36,900 bases of DNA. Origin: a virus (Duplodnaviria; Caudoviricetes). The notes beneath the pieces were generated by a model. It ran no database searches, was not told the DNA's origin, and saw only the letters and a list, made by a program, of their open reading frames with translations. This document shows, in pieces, positions 26,370 through 35,061 of this stretch (positions within the stretch are counted from its first letter, which is position 1; the number at the start of each line of letters is the position of its first letter). The position numbers were made by a program, and so were the translations under genes. The stretch covers positions 1 through 36,900 of IMG/VR virus record IMGVR_UViG_3300004093_000031. One strand, 5' to 3'.

Positions 26370-26651
26370 TCACGCCACTTGCTCGTCGGCATGACGCTCT
26401 ATCTGTCCCTAAGCGAGACGATCAACACCAACGGCAGCGCGGCCGGATCAGTCAACATCGGCATTCCGCTAGAGCTGGCCCTAAGCAACGAGTCGCATCT
26501 CCGCGCATGGGAGGCGAAAGGCACCAAGGGGCTGCTCTACGTGGCCGGTCCCGGACAGACCAACCTTTCGGCCTACTTAGAGAATCCCGTCAGCCATCCA
26601 GGCGCAGATGGCGCGCGTCCCGACCTAAGCGTCGTGGTCGAAGTCCCGTAA
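26370..26651 (+). pseudogene. 3' remnant of a tail fibre gene (C-terminal beta domain)
   Basis: TINTNGSAAGSVNIGIP...HPGADGAR..SVVVEVP* resembles phage fibre C-termini and the last ~100 aa of 35062..36900. The 5' boundary is approximate. Confidence 0.55.
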
Positions 26652-26679
26652 GCCCCCATCCATGATCGGAAAGAAAGCT

Positions 26680-28143
26680 ATGCGCTTCCTCACGTGCCTG
26701 CTGGCGCTAGCCGCCGTGCTCCTGCCGATGCGGGCCCTCGCCTTCGATGCTGCGAGGGCGCCAGGGTATGGCTCGCCGGATATGTACCGGCCGAACGTCG
26801 ACCGGCTGATCGTTCACAGCCCGGGGTCGACCGGCCCCGTGGACGACATGAACGTGACGCTGCCGGATTCAGGCGCGATCGCGCGCAGCCTGCGAAACAG
26901 GTGGCTCGATGAGGTCGACGTCACCGACTTCGGGGCCAAGTGCGACGGTGGGTCCGATGACACGGCAGCGATCAACAAGGGCATCTCAGCGCTCAAGCAC
27001 CGCGTACGCGGCGGCATCCTGAACTTCCCGCCACGCGCCTGCATCGTGTCGGGCCTGCTCGAAGTACAGGCGAGCAACGTCGAGTTCGCGGGCAAGGGCC
27101 GCTTGGCGACCGCGATCATCGCCAACTTCCCCGCTGGCGACGTCGTTCGGTTTGGATCGAATGCGCCAGGGACCCAGTATTCGAACTTCACCATCCGCGA
27201 CATGACTCTGGCGGCCTCGGTGCCGCGGACGTCGGGCGCGTGGATCAACGACTATAACGGCGTCAACCTGCTGGTTCGGAACGTAAAACTTCAAGGAGGG
27301 GTAGATGGTATTCTCGTCGACAATAAGTCTGGCAGCCTCGGGCAGACGGCAGCTCGCATCGAGAATGTCATCGCCGAAAATATGACCGGGGAGTGTTATT
27401 CCTTCGGTAAATATTCTACCTCCCCAGCCTTATTCGCCAATGAGATATACGTTCTGAATAGTGTTGCCGCGCACTGCGGGACTGGTTTGGCGATTTACAG
27501 CCTTTCCGGAGGGTACATTGAAGGGCTGTCGATCTACAAATCGACCAACAACGGTATCGTCGTCCAGCCGACGAGTGCCCACCTCGGCGTTCAGGGCGTA
27601 TGGTTCAATAAGACGCTGGCTGACAGCAGCGCGGCCAACGGCTGGTACGTCGGCGGCACGGGCAAGATCGCCGAGGTCAAGATCACTGCCTCCCAGGCTA
27701 GCTCCAGCGGGGCGCACGGCCTGACGATTGAGCCGGGGACCAAACTCGATAGCCTTCTGCTGACCGACTTCCAGTCGACTTTCAACGGCCACCATGGCGC
27801 TCGCATCGGAGGCGGCACCAACGTCACCGTGCGCGGCGGCGAGTTCTATTACAATGGCAATGGCGCTGGGGGCGTGGGTGTCGCCGTCGAAAACAACGTG
27901 AAGGGCTTCAGCATCACCGGCATTAACAGCGGCCTCGGCGGCTGGGCGAAGCTCAACATCACCGACCTGATCAAACAGGGCAAGCCTATGAAGCAGACTC
28001 ACTGCGTGTACTTGGCCGGTCCGGCCAACAATAATTATATTGTTCGCGACAATATGTGCATGGGCAACACGTCTGGCGGCTCGCAAATCTTCGACGGCGG
28101 CATGGGGACAAACAAGAGCGTCGGCGGAAACATCGCCTACTGA
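26680..28143 (+). CDS. Second tailspike-like beta-helix (Pectate_lyase_3-type) protein with predicted Sec signal peptide
   Basis: MRFLTCLLALAAVLLPMRALA|FD; SPDMYRPNVD; RSL..R...VDVTDFGAKCDGGSDDTAAINK..GG.LNFP. Alternative start at 26662. Confidence 0.85.
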   Translation: MRFLTCLLALAAVLLPMRALAFDAARAPGYGSPDMYRPNVDRLIVHSPGSTGPVDDMNVTLPDSGAIARSLRNRWLDEVDVTDFGAKCDGGSDDTAAINKGISALKHRVRGGILNFPPRACIVSGLLEVQASNVEFAGKGRLATAIIANFPAGDVVRFGSNAPGTQYSNFTIRDMTLAASVPRTSGAWINDYNGVNLLVRNVKLQGGVDGILVDNKSGSLGQTAARIENVIAENMTGECYSFGKYSTSPALFANEIYVLNSVAAHCGTGLAIYSLSGGYIEGLSIYKSTNNGIVVQPTSAHLGVQGVWFNKTLADSSAANGWYVGGTGKIAEVKITASQASSSGAHGLTIEPGTKLDSLLLTDFQSTFNGHHGARIGGGTNVTVRGGEFYYNGNGAGGVGVAVENNVKGFSITGINSGLGGWAKLNITDLIKQGKPMKQTHCVYLAGPANNNYIVRDNMCMGNTSGGSQIFDGGMGTNKSVGGNIAY

Positions 28144-28190
28144 ACATGGTCTGGCGCGCTGAACCCGGCGCACCGCCATATGCTCTATTT

Positions 28191-28278
28191 GACATCGTGA
28201 GGATCACCCTGGCATTGGCCGCTTCCATCGCGGACGCCTTCGCGCGTCTGCGCGCTGCCAGCTTTGTCGGCCGGGCAA
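28191..28278 (+). pseudogene. Stub of an endolysin gene 5' end, homologous to 18323..18410
   Basis: 75 of 88 nt identical by manual alignment; ATG changed to CTG; cut off by an IS at ~28280. Confidence 0.88.
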
Positions 28279-28279
28279 C

Positions 28280-28870
28280 TAGAGCCGTTCCCGCGCTGGT
28301 TGAGACGAGTTGGCGGTTAGCGCGTTGGTGGGTGAAGGAGCTTGCTCATACCTTGATCCCTGTCTGCGGACCCGCGCGAGCGTGTTGGGGCCGCCGTGGT
28401 GGCAGGCGCCTCCTGCCATCGCGCCGCAACCCGCTTCGGGGTCAGCGTGTCGAGCGCCAGCCGCTGGTCGCAGCGCTCCCGCCACGAGGGCCAACTCGTC
28501 TCCAAGCCGATGGGCGGTGATCGCACTTCGAAGCGCATGCCGTCCTGATCCCGAGGATTTTCGAGCAGGAGCCGCGTCTTTTCCTACGCGAAGTGCGCGA
28601 CCGGCTGGCGGAGCAGGGCGTGCAGACCAGCACGGGCGGCCTGTCGCGCATCTTTGCCCGCCACGGGATCAGCTAGAAAAAGGCGCGACGTACGCAGCTG
28701 AGCAGGAGCGTGCAGACGTAAGGGCTGCTCGCGAGGCGTGGTTCGAGGCACAGCCCGAGCTCGACCAGGATCGGCTGGTGTTCCTGGATGAGACGTCGGC
28801 TGCCACCAACATGGCGCGCCGCTATGGCTGGGCTCCGCGCGGTGAGCGCTGCCGGCTTGCAGCCCCGTGG
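28280..28870 (+). mobile_element. IS630-family transposase remnant
   Basis: Begins at a TA (TAGAGCCGTT); encodes AAEQER.DV..AR.AWF..QP.LD..RLVFLDET...NMARRYG.APRGER. Confidence 0.8.
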
Positions 28871-29430
28871 CGTTGGGAATGGCTCCTCAGCCTCACGCAG
28901 GAGCGCGGGGTTCAACTCAGGACGGTGTTCCTCGACGACACGAACATACGCGCACATCAGAAGGTGGCCGGTGCCGCCAAAAGGGGGATCTAAGGCCGAG
29001 CGAGACGCTCGTGAAGCTGTTGGCCGCTTGCGTGGTGGGTATGGCACCAAGGCTTGCGTGATCGCCGACGGGCAAGGCCGCGCCATGCTGACCAACTGTC
29101 AGGCGTGCCCAGGTGGGTGGTCGGAGACCGCGGCTACACCAATTACGCCTTTCGCGCTCATCTGCCAAATGGGTGCACACCCCGCGATCCCACCCCAGCG
29201 CCACGAGCCCCCCGTCGCCGGTCCGGACTGGATCTACAAGAACCGCAATCAGGTCGACCGCATCTGGGCCAGGCTTAAGGAATGGCATGCCATCGCAACC
29301 GGCTAAGAGAAAACCGACGCCACCTTCATAGGTGTCCTCTCCCTCGCCGCAGCCCTCGACTGGCTCGAGCGATGACATACCATAGGCGGCAACCACCGCA
29401 ATCGGGCGCGTCCCTAAGACAGACGCGCCC
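28870..29430 (+). mobile_element. IS5-family transposase remnant (3' part)
   Basis: FLD.T.IRAHQK.AGA, G..RGG.GTK, GDRGY, IYKNRN.V.R.WARLKEW.AIAT; internal stops and frameshifts; GACGCGCCC at the right end. Confidence 0.8.
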
Positions 29431-29447
29431 TGATGCTTCCAAAATTA

Positions 29448-30296
29448 CTAGTCTGCAACCTTGTGAAACCAGATAGATCGCCCAAGATATTTTTCCGCGT
29501 GACATCTTCCGATGTATTGAAGCGGCAGTATTGGTTCCCATTTCTGCGAATGAAGAACGAGCATGGCGACCATGTATTGTTCGTTATAGTAATGGGCCGA
29601 ATATCCGCGATCATACTCGAACGGCAACTGTATGTCATGGATGTGCAAATAAACCCCCTTATTGAGCCGGGGTATGATGTTCATCATAAGATGCGTTGTA
29701 TCGGTCCCGTTGAATACAATGTGGCTTCCATCCCAGAAAAGGATATCGCCGCCTTCCAATTGATCGAAAGTCTCCACTGGAACATCAAACACCGACTGGT
29801 AGATTACTTTGTCGGATACTTTGCTGATCTCATCGCGGGGGTAGGGATCTATCGAAGTAATATGTGTCTTTAAGCCGTGATCCGAAATCGAGCGCCGCAT
29901 GAATTTCGATGAGTGCCCGCTGCCGACTTCGATCACTTTTTGCGGCTTAAGATACGCCAGCATGGCATATAGCATCCTGGCGTCATAAGCCTCGAACATA
30001 TGATTGTTCCAATAAGGATCAATCTCGTTCCGGCGCTCGTCTGAAATGTTATTTATCTTTCCATCATCACAATATGGTTTAAGCGCATCAAGCAACGCGC
30101 CGATGCTACCCATTTTGCTATCGAAGACCTTTTTCACTTCTTGATAGAGGTAATCTGACGGATTGGGGCGAAAAACGCCTTCGTGATCAACCTTTACTTC
30201 TGCGAAGAAAGAGCCATCGACTCTGGGGATTTCCAGCGGATCGTATTGTGTGAGCTTCCGGGCGTACTCAGCATCACTCAGGCGCTTTTCTGACAT
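29448..30296 (-). CDS. Class I SAM-dependent methyltransferase (Methyltransf_24-like)
   Basis: KPQKVIEVGSGHSS, SIDPYP, GDILFWDGSH, HIHDI.LPFEY, NEQY; low GC. Confidence 0.88.
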   Translation of the reverse strand: MSEKRLSDAEYARKLTQYDPLEIPRVDGSFFAEVKVDHEGVFRPNPSDYLYQEVKKVFDSKMGSIGALLDALKPYCDDGKINNISDERRNEIDPYWNNHMFEAYDARMLYAMLAYLKPQKVIEVGSGHSSKFMRRSISDHGLKTHITSIDPYPRDEISKVSDKVIYQSVFDVPVETFDQLEGGDILFWDGSHIVFNGTDTTHLMMNIIPRLNKGVYLHIHDIQLPFEYDRGYSAHYYNEQYMVAMLVLHSQKWEPILPLQYIGRCHAEKYLGRSIWFHKVAD

Positions 30297-30612
30297 TTTA
30301 AGCTCTTCTTATCTGGTTGCGTCAGCCAAGGGCATTTACAGCGACTGGCGCTAACGGAAGCTTGTGCGAGCTATGACCGTACCCCAGCTCAAACTGGCGC
30401 TTGCCCTCATTTGTAACCGTTAAGCCGCGTTTGCGCGTTCGAGCGGGTTCAGGATGCCCCGGACCGATGCGACAGCCTGAAATAATTCAGATCGAGCGAT
30501 TTGGGTAGGCGGACCCCGCACGTCCGGGACTGGCTGGACCGGGAGCTCCGAATGTGTCCGGAACCGCCGCCCCTCCCGTGTGTCTGCCCAGCATCCCTAA
30601 GCAATCACCTTC

Positions 30613-30643
30613 AGCCCCGCCGGCACTGCCGCGTGGGGCTTTC
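30613..30643. terminator. Terminator-like hairpin
   Basis: AGCCCCGC...GTGGGGCT-TTC; 26 of 28 nt identical to the reverse complement of 20907..20934. Confidence 0.55.
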
Positions 30644-30666
30644 TTGTCTTAAATCATTTTTTTTGT

Positions 30667-31335
30667 TTAGATCACGGCGCGCCCGAGCTCATACCCATCG
30701 CCCGCTCGCCGGATGAAGATGGCGCGAGACCGTGAAGCGTCGTGAAGCGCATCAAATTCAAACCTGAAACCATACCTGCCGTTGCCGATGCTTTTCTCGC
30801 GGAGATCTTCTCTAAGCTGATCTGCATTTATGCGGCCAATGATAACATCATCAACGAATATATGGATCTCTGCTGGTGTTTCAGACGGGTTGAGGGGCAG
30901 CGCCCAGCCGCGGACATATGTCTCCGTGATTTCGTCAACGTAGCCCTGCAGTGCTTCGCTCATCGACTTCGAGCTAGGTCCAGTCAGCAGCTTCATTGGC
31001 CCCGCGGCGCAATTTGGTCGTGGGGCTGGGGCCGCGGGATCCTTGAGGTAGCCCACTCGCCCTTCGGAAAAGCCGGCGTTCAGGAAGTGGAGCAGCGGGT
31101 TGTAGCCCATGGCCGCGACATCGGGGTTCGAGTCGAGATAGCCTACTGTGCTGAATCCAGCGCTCGGATCCCGGCCCTCCTTCCAACCGGCGAGGAGATA
31201 GTGGCGCAACGGGTCCAAGCCGGCCGCGCGCACGTCCGGATACCAAAAGAGGTAGTAGATCGGATCGAACCCGGGGAGCGGCGCTTGGACGAGCGGCGAG
31301 CGCTTATCGAAGAGTTTGGGCAGGCGCAGCTTCAT
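30667..31335 (-). CDS. Protein with two FD..YY...PDV..G..PL.HY...G..EGR.P repeats plus a GW-type beta domain (modules usually found on glycosyltransferases)
   Basis: FDPIYYLFWYPDVRAAGLDPLRHYLLAGWKEGRDP and FSTVGYLDSNPDVAAMGYNPLLHF..GFSEGR; C-terminal GYVD..VRGWA..A...REDL..IGNG.YGF. Confidence 0.78.
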   Translation of the reverse strand: MKLRLPKLFDKRSPLVQAPLPGFDPIYYLFWYPDVRAAGLDPLRHYLLAGWKEGRDPSAGFSTVGYLDSNPDVAAMGYNPLLHFLNAGFSEGRVGYLKDPAAPAPRPNCAAGPMKLLTGPSSKSMSEALQGYVDEITETYVRGWALPLNPSETPAEIHIFVDDVIIGRINADQLREDLREKSIGNGRYGFRFEFDALHDASRSRAIFIRRAGDGYELGRAVI

Positions 31336-31604
31336 AGGAGATCCGAGGCGACGAGAAGAGCGCTCGATCCATCATCCCGGGCCGCGCCGCAAGTCCGGAT
31401 GGATCGATCTCAGTTCGGGACGCTCGCCCGCCCTGCGCCGGCATGGTATGGTAACCGGTGCCGGCCATTCTATCCCCGATCCAGGTTGCGTATCGGCTCA
31501 CTCACTGGTGAAAATCAGGCGCTCCCTCGCACCGTGAGCAGATCGAGGCGAGCCCGAGCCGGCTGGTAGCGGACCGGCAACCCTTTGGCCGTATCCCACC
31601 GGCC

Positions 31605-31958
31605 ATGTCCAACATCCCGTCCGCAATCGCCTCCTGCCGCCGCGAGCGCGACGCGCCGTCCGCATGGAAATACGAGCACCTCTGTCACGCCGCGATCACG
31701 CTGCCGCCGGCCGCCAAGAAAATCCTGCCGGTGCCACCCGGCATCCCCTTCACGATCGAGGTTTGGAACCAGATCGGCGGCAAGCTCGAGATACACCTCG
31801 CCACGATCTACCCGCTGTCCATGGCGACCGCGGCCCTTGAAGCGGCCTGCCTAGAATGGCCGACGAACGAGGTCACCCTTCGGGATCGGGCTCGGATCGT
31901 CCGGAAGCGGGAGCTGCCGCCGCGGAGTGTCGCTCTGTCTGGCGGAAAGCTAAATTGA
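31605..31958 (+). CDS. Hypothetical protein
   Basis: 117 aa with host-like codon usage; PFTIEVW...LA......A.AA.EAA...WP...VTLR.RAR. Confidence 0.6.
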   Translation: MSNIPSAIASCRRERDAPSAWKYEHLCHAAITLPPAAKKILPVPPGIPFTIEVWNQIGGKLEIHLATIYPLSMATAALEAACLEWPTNEVTLRDRARIVRKRELPPRSVALSGGKLN

Positions 31959-32010
31959 TAACTTAAACACGTTGCCACGCTCCAGAAAACTCTTCCGTGG
32001 CAAACACAAA

Positions 32011-32982
32011 CTACGGCCCAACTTTCTTCGCAACAACATGAAACCCTTCAGATGGATTGGTATTCACGTTCCAGTCGTCTGCTCGTGGATTGCCCACACC
32101 ACGAACAAAATCCCCAATTTCCCACCCGATTGAATCAATCACAAATCCATTTTGTCTCAACCTATTATGCCACCAATTTTCGTCTTTTATTGTTTTGTGC
32201 CAAGATATATTGCTCGATAGATCTCGATCATCCACCTTCGAAATCGAAGCGACTAGGTGGCCACCTTGTCTGAGGTTGTCCGCTATATGGGATAGGACAT
32301 CGTCGACCAATTCCGTATCTATATGCTCGAACACCTCCCAGGCAGTGACAATATCAAATTGAATTTCCTCTTTATCGATATCTGTAAATCTATATTTTTT
32401 TCTAATGTCTGCCGTGAAGAGCCGATCTGGAATAAGACGCCACGCAGCTCTCTGTTCCTTGAGCGAAATATCGCTGCCCTCAATACCAACGGATTGATGG
32501 CCCCGCATGGTAAAATCCCATACCAGACCGCCGCCTGCACATCCAAGGTCGAGGTGTTTAATACATGATCTCTGAATAATTTTTTCACATGCACGAACAA
32601 ATCTGGGATGTCGGGTATTGTCGTTTATGGTGCCGCGAGGGTGCATATGATCGGTACTGTCAGTTGCAATCAATTTCTCGGCATTAAGTTTCCACTGCAA
32701 AGTTTTAGGGCGCGAGCGCTCCAAGAGCCAAATAATATCCTGTAAATAATCAACGCCGCCAAGCAAATTTTTGGCAATGCTTCTTGAATTATCAGAATGT
32801 TCCTTAATCAAAAAAGTAAGCCAATGCATAATCCCATCAAATTGACTGCAGCAGTGTCGTTCGAATGCTTCTGCTGTATTAACTCGCCGCTCCACCAAGG
32901 AGGCAAGACTAGCAAGCTGGCTTTCCAGCCTGCTCAATCTTTCTGTCAAATCTACTGGGCTATCCACTATCTTTTGCTCCAA
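32011..32982 (-). CDS. Class I SAM-dependent methyltransferase with N-terminal coiled coil
   Basis: HLDLGCAGG, GIEGSD, FDIVTAWEVFEHI; low GC; TTG start. Confidence 0.85.
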   Translation of the reverse strand: MEQKIVDSPVDLTERLSRLESQLASLASLVERRVNTAEAFERHCCSQFDGIMHWLTFLIKEHSDNSRSIAKNLLGGVDYLQDIIWLLERSRPKTLQWKLNAEKLIATDSTDHMHPRGTINDNTRHPRFVRACEKIIQRSCIKHLDLGCAGGGLVWDFTMRGHQSVGIEGSDISLKEQRAAWRLIPDRLFTADIRKKYRFTDIDKEEIQFDIVTAWEVFEHIDTELVDDVLSHIADNLRQGGHLVASISKVDDRDLSSNISWHKTIKDENWWHNRLRQNGFVIDSIGWEIGDFVRGVGNPRADDWNVNTNPSEGFHVVAKKVGP

Positions 32983-33117
32983 ATCTATTTTGCCTGGACA
33001 AATGCGGCACTATGTGCTGATGTCAAGTGATCCAGATCCGGCGTGGAGGATATAAAGCACAAATCCCTCATTTCTGTGGGCACCACGAATCTAAGGAGCC
33101 TTCGGCTGGGCGGAGGA

Positions 33118-33324
33118 CTAGCGCGGGTCGCCGTCGTCGACCAGCCCGCAGCTCGCGGCGAGGCGCCAAAGCTCAGCGTCTGAGAAGATCAGGTCGCCAA
33201 TCTGCCAACGTTCGAATTCGTTGCCCATTGGGATGACGGGGATCTTCGCGGCTACTAGCGCCTCGACCGCCTCCATGATCGGATCGGCCTCCTGCCAACG
33301 AATCGGGTGGTGGCCCTCGCTCAT
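33118..33324 (-). CDS. Small hypothetical protein
   Basis: 68 aa with plausible composition (RWQIGDLIFSDAELWRLA); just inside the right att. Confidence 0.55.
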   Translation of the reverse strand: MSEGHHPIRWQEADPIMEAVEALVAAKIPVIPMGNEFERWQIGDLIFSDAELWRLAASCGLVDDGDPR

Positions 33325-33362
33325 AAGGTGAAGCTACCGCGGGCAGGGGAGGGCGCCAACCG

Positions 33363-33419
33363 GTGGGACCTCAGGGGCAAAAAACCCAATGATTCCGTGG
33401 ACGGATTTCGGGTCCCACT
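33363..33419. promoter_or_regulatory. Putative integrase arm-type sites of the right end
   Basis: GTGGGACC at 33363..33370 and inverted GGGTCCCACT at 33410..33419, matching 82..91. Confidence 0.62.
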
Positions 33420-33455
33420 CTCGTCTAAGGCATTGATGCGTCAGCCTCGGCGCAG

Positions 33456-33472
33456 TCCCCTTGGGAGCGCCA
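33456..33472 (+). repeat. att core, right copy
   Basis: Exact 17-bp repeat of 25..41. Confidence 0.93.
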
Positions 33473-33785
33473 GCGCGCTGGCAGCCATCGCGGGCTGCGC
33501 ATCGTTTTATCAGAAATTGCTAGCGGCTTATGGGCCGGTGTATTGCCGGCGCTCTGCGCCTTCGGTGTCTGCTCGTCGTTTCGCGGGCTACCGCCGAGCT
33601 GGCGCTACCGGTCGAACGATCGCGCTGGCTCTACCGCGAGGTCTCGAGTCACGAACCGTCGCCATGCCGATGTAGCCCGATGGTGGTGATCAGGGCGCGG
33701 ATGAGGGTTTAACTTGGCGTGGGCCGAGCACGCGGCGCAGCCGACGGATGGGGTCACGCTCTGCGAGACGGGATCGGTGTTCCGC

Positions 33786-33926
33786 CTACCAGAACCAGAT
33801 GACGCGGCCCGACACCGCGTAGATGACGAACCACAGCCCGACGGCCAAGATGAGCGATGCCACGACGAGGGCCGCGTGGGGCCTCCTGCGCGTGCGGCTA
33901 GGGCGGACGTGAGTGATCTGATCCAT
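33786..33926 (-). CDS. 46-aa single-TM membrane peptide
   Basis: MDQITHVRPSRTRRRPHAALVVASLILAVGLWFVIYAVSGRVIWFW; supported by the colinear paralog at 21048..21188. Confidence 0.75.
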   Translation of the reverse strand: MDQITHVRPSRTRRRPHAALVVASLILAVGLWFVIYAVSGRVIWFW

Positions 33927-35061
33927 AGGTGTGGCGAACGGCATCCCCTGCCGATCGTAAGCACGGAGGCTCCTCGCCCTGAGCCCGGGAGGCCCCCGTG
34001 GTTGCAATCGGCGACAACGGCGCGTTACGACCAACATCCGCCGTCGATGTCCCCATCAAAAGATGCGTTGCGGTGAGGCCGGCCGCCGGTCGCGCCGGTG
34101 GCGCGGGTCCATCGCCGACGGCCGCGAGGCTGCACGGCCTGCGATCAGCGACGCAATCAGGGATCAATCGGGGTCGCCTCAAAAACGGGATGTTGTGCGG
34201 CGTACCCTACTGTGTCGAGTAGGTTTCCGTCGGGCGTGATTGCACGGTGCCTCAACCCGCGCGATCACCGCGCACTTCGAGATCCAAGCCGTCGGACAGC
34301 ATTTCTGGACCTGGGAAGTGCTCGACGAGACCGAGATGACGGTAGCCGAATCTCATCGGCCGTTCCTTTCTCGGACATAGGCCCTCGCGGCGGCCCTGGC
34401 CTTCGATGAGCTGGTCGCGCGGGCTAGCCGTTCGCTCAGTGGTGGAGCGTCGAGCGGCCTCCTGTAGGCGATCACTTCCGACGCAGCTCTCCGAAGAGTT
34501 CTCGGGTCCGTTGCCTGGCCGATCTAATCCTCCGCTCGTGCGTGCAGGTGAGCCCATAGGCGGTCCGAGGGCAGCCCTCGCGTGTCGACCGGGAGCGCGC
34601 GTCGCGCATGTAGGCATTCATCCTCAGGCGCACCGACTGACCGTCCGTGTCGTCCCTGTGGGCGCTGGAGAGGAGCGGCAGGGGGCCTCGAACTGGCTGA
34701 CCTGCCAGTGATGGCGACACACGCGGCCAAGCAGAAGCCGCAGACCAGCAGGCGGCTATCGTACAACCAGTGCCTGCGGTCCTCCCCGGCGACGCCGTTC
34801 GCGCTCATCCTTGTCACCGGGAAATCGCCCGGTTCCGCGTCCCGACGCGAGAGGCTCAGCCTGGCTCTTCGACGGGCGAATCCACCGCAGCCGGTCTGCC
34901 GAGGCGATTCGGCTGGTCGAACGCTGTTCACGGAAGGCAGCGTCCTGTCAGCAGGTCGACCCAGTCCTCGTCGCGCCGCCGCGGCCCGTCGTATCATGGG
35001 TGGGCCGCTCTGGGATCGGCAAGACTCGCCACGCGGCGCGCGAGGCCGCACGGAGGGACGC

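Larger units (their letters stand above)
25..33472. mobile_element. Defective (internally deleted) siphovirus-like prophage integrated in tRNA-Glu
   Basis: att direct repeats, integrase/excisionase, early-arm genes, tape measure, tail tip, lysis genes and moron cargo are present. Head, packaging, replication and repressor genes are not recognisable. Confidence 0.92.

Noticed and set aside
25723-26370. ORF 25778..26665 and overlapping ORFs as real genes
   Set aside because: No recognisable motif, several competing frames, and overlap with the fibre remnant. The 5' part might be a decayed gene but I cannot support a call.
16466-28278. Diversity-generating retroelement or invertase shufflon for spike switching
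   Set aside because: No reverse transcriptase or invertase. The repeats are direct and their mismatches are not adenine-specific.
33930-35050. Possible ncRNA or small genes in the ORF-poor stretch
   Set aside because: No recognisable RNA motif, repeat or convincing coding signal by eye. An Rfam/Infernal search would be needed.
34582-35061. N-terminal 160 codons of the 772-aa ORF
   Set aside because: Arg/Ser/Pro-rich and non-protein-like. A TTG at 35062 with a GGAGG RBS and a signal-like sequence is the better start.
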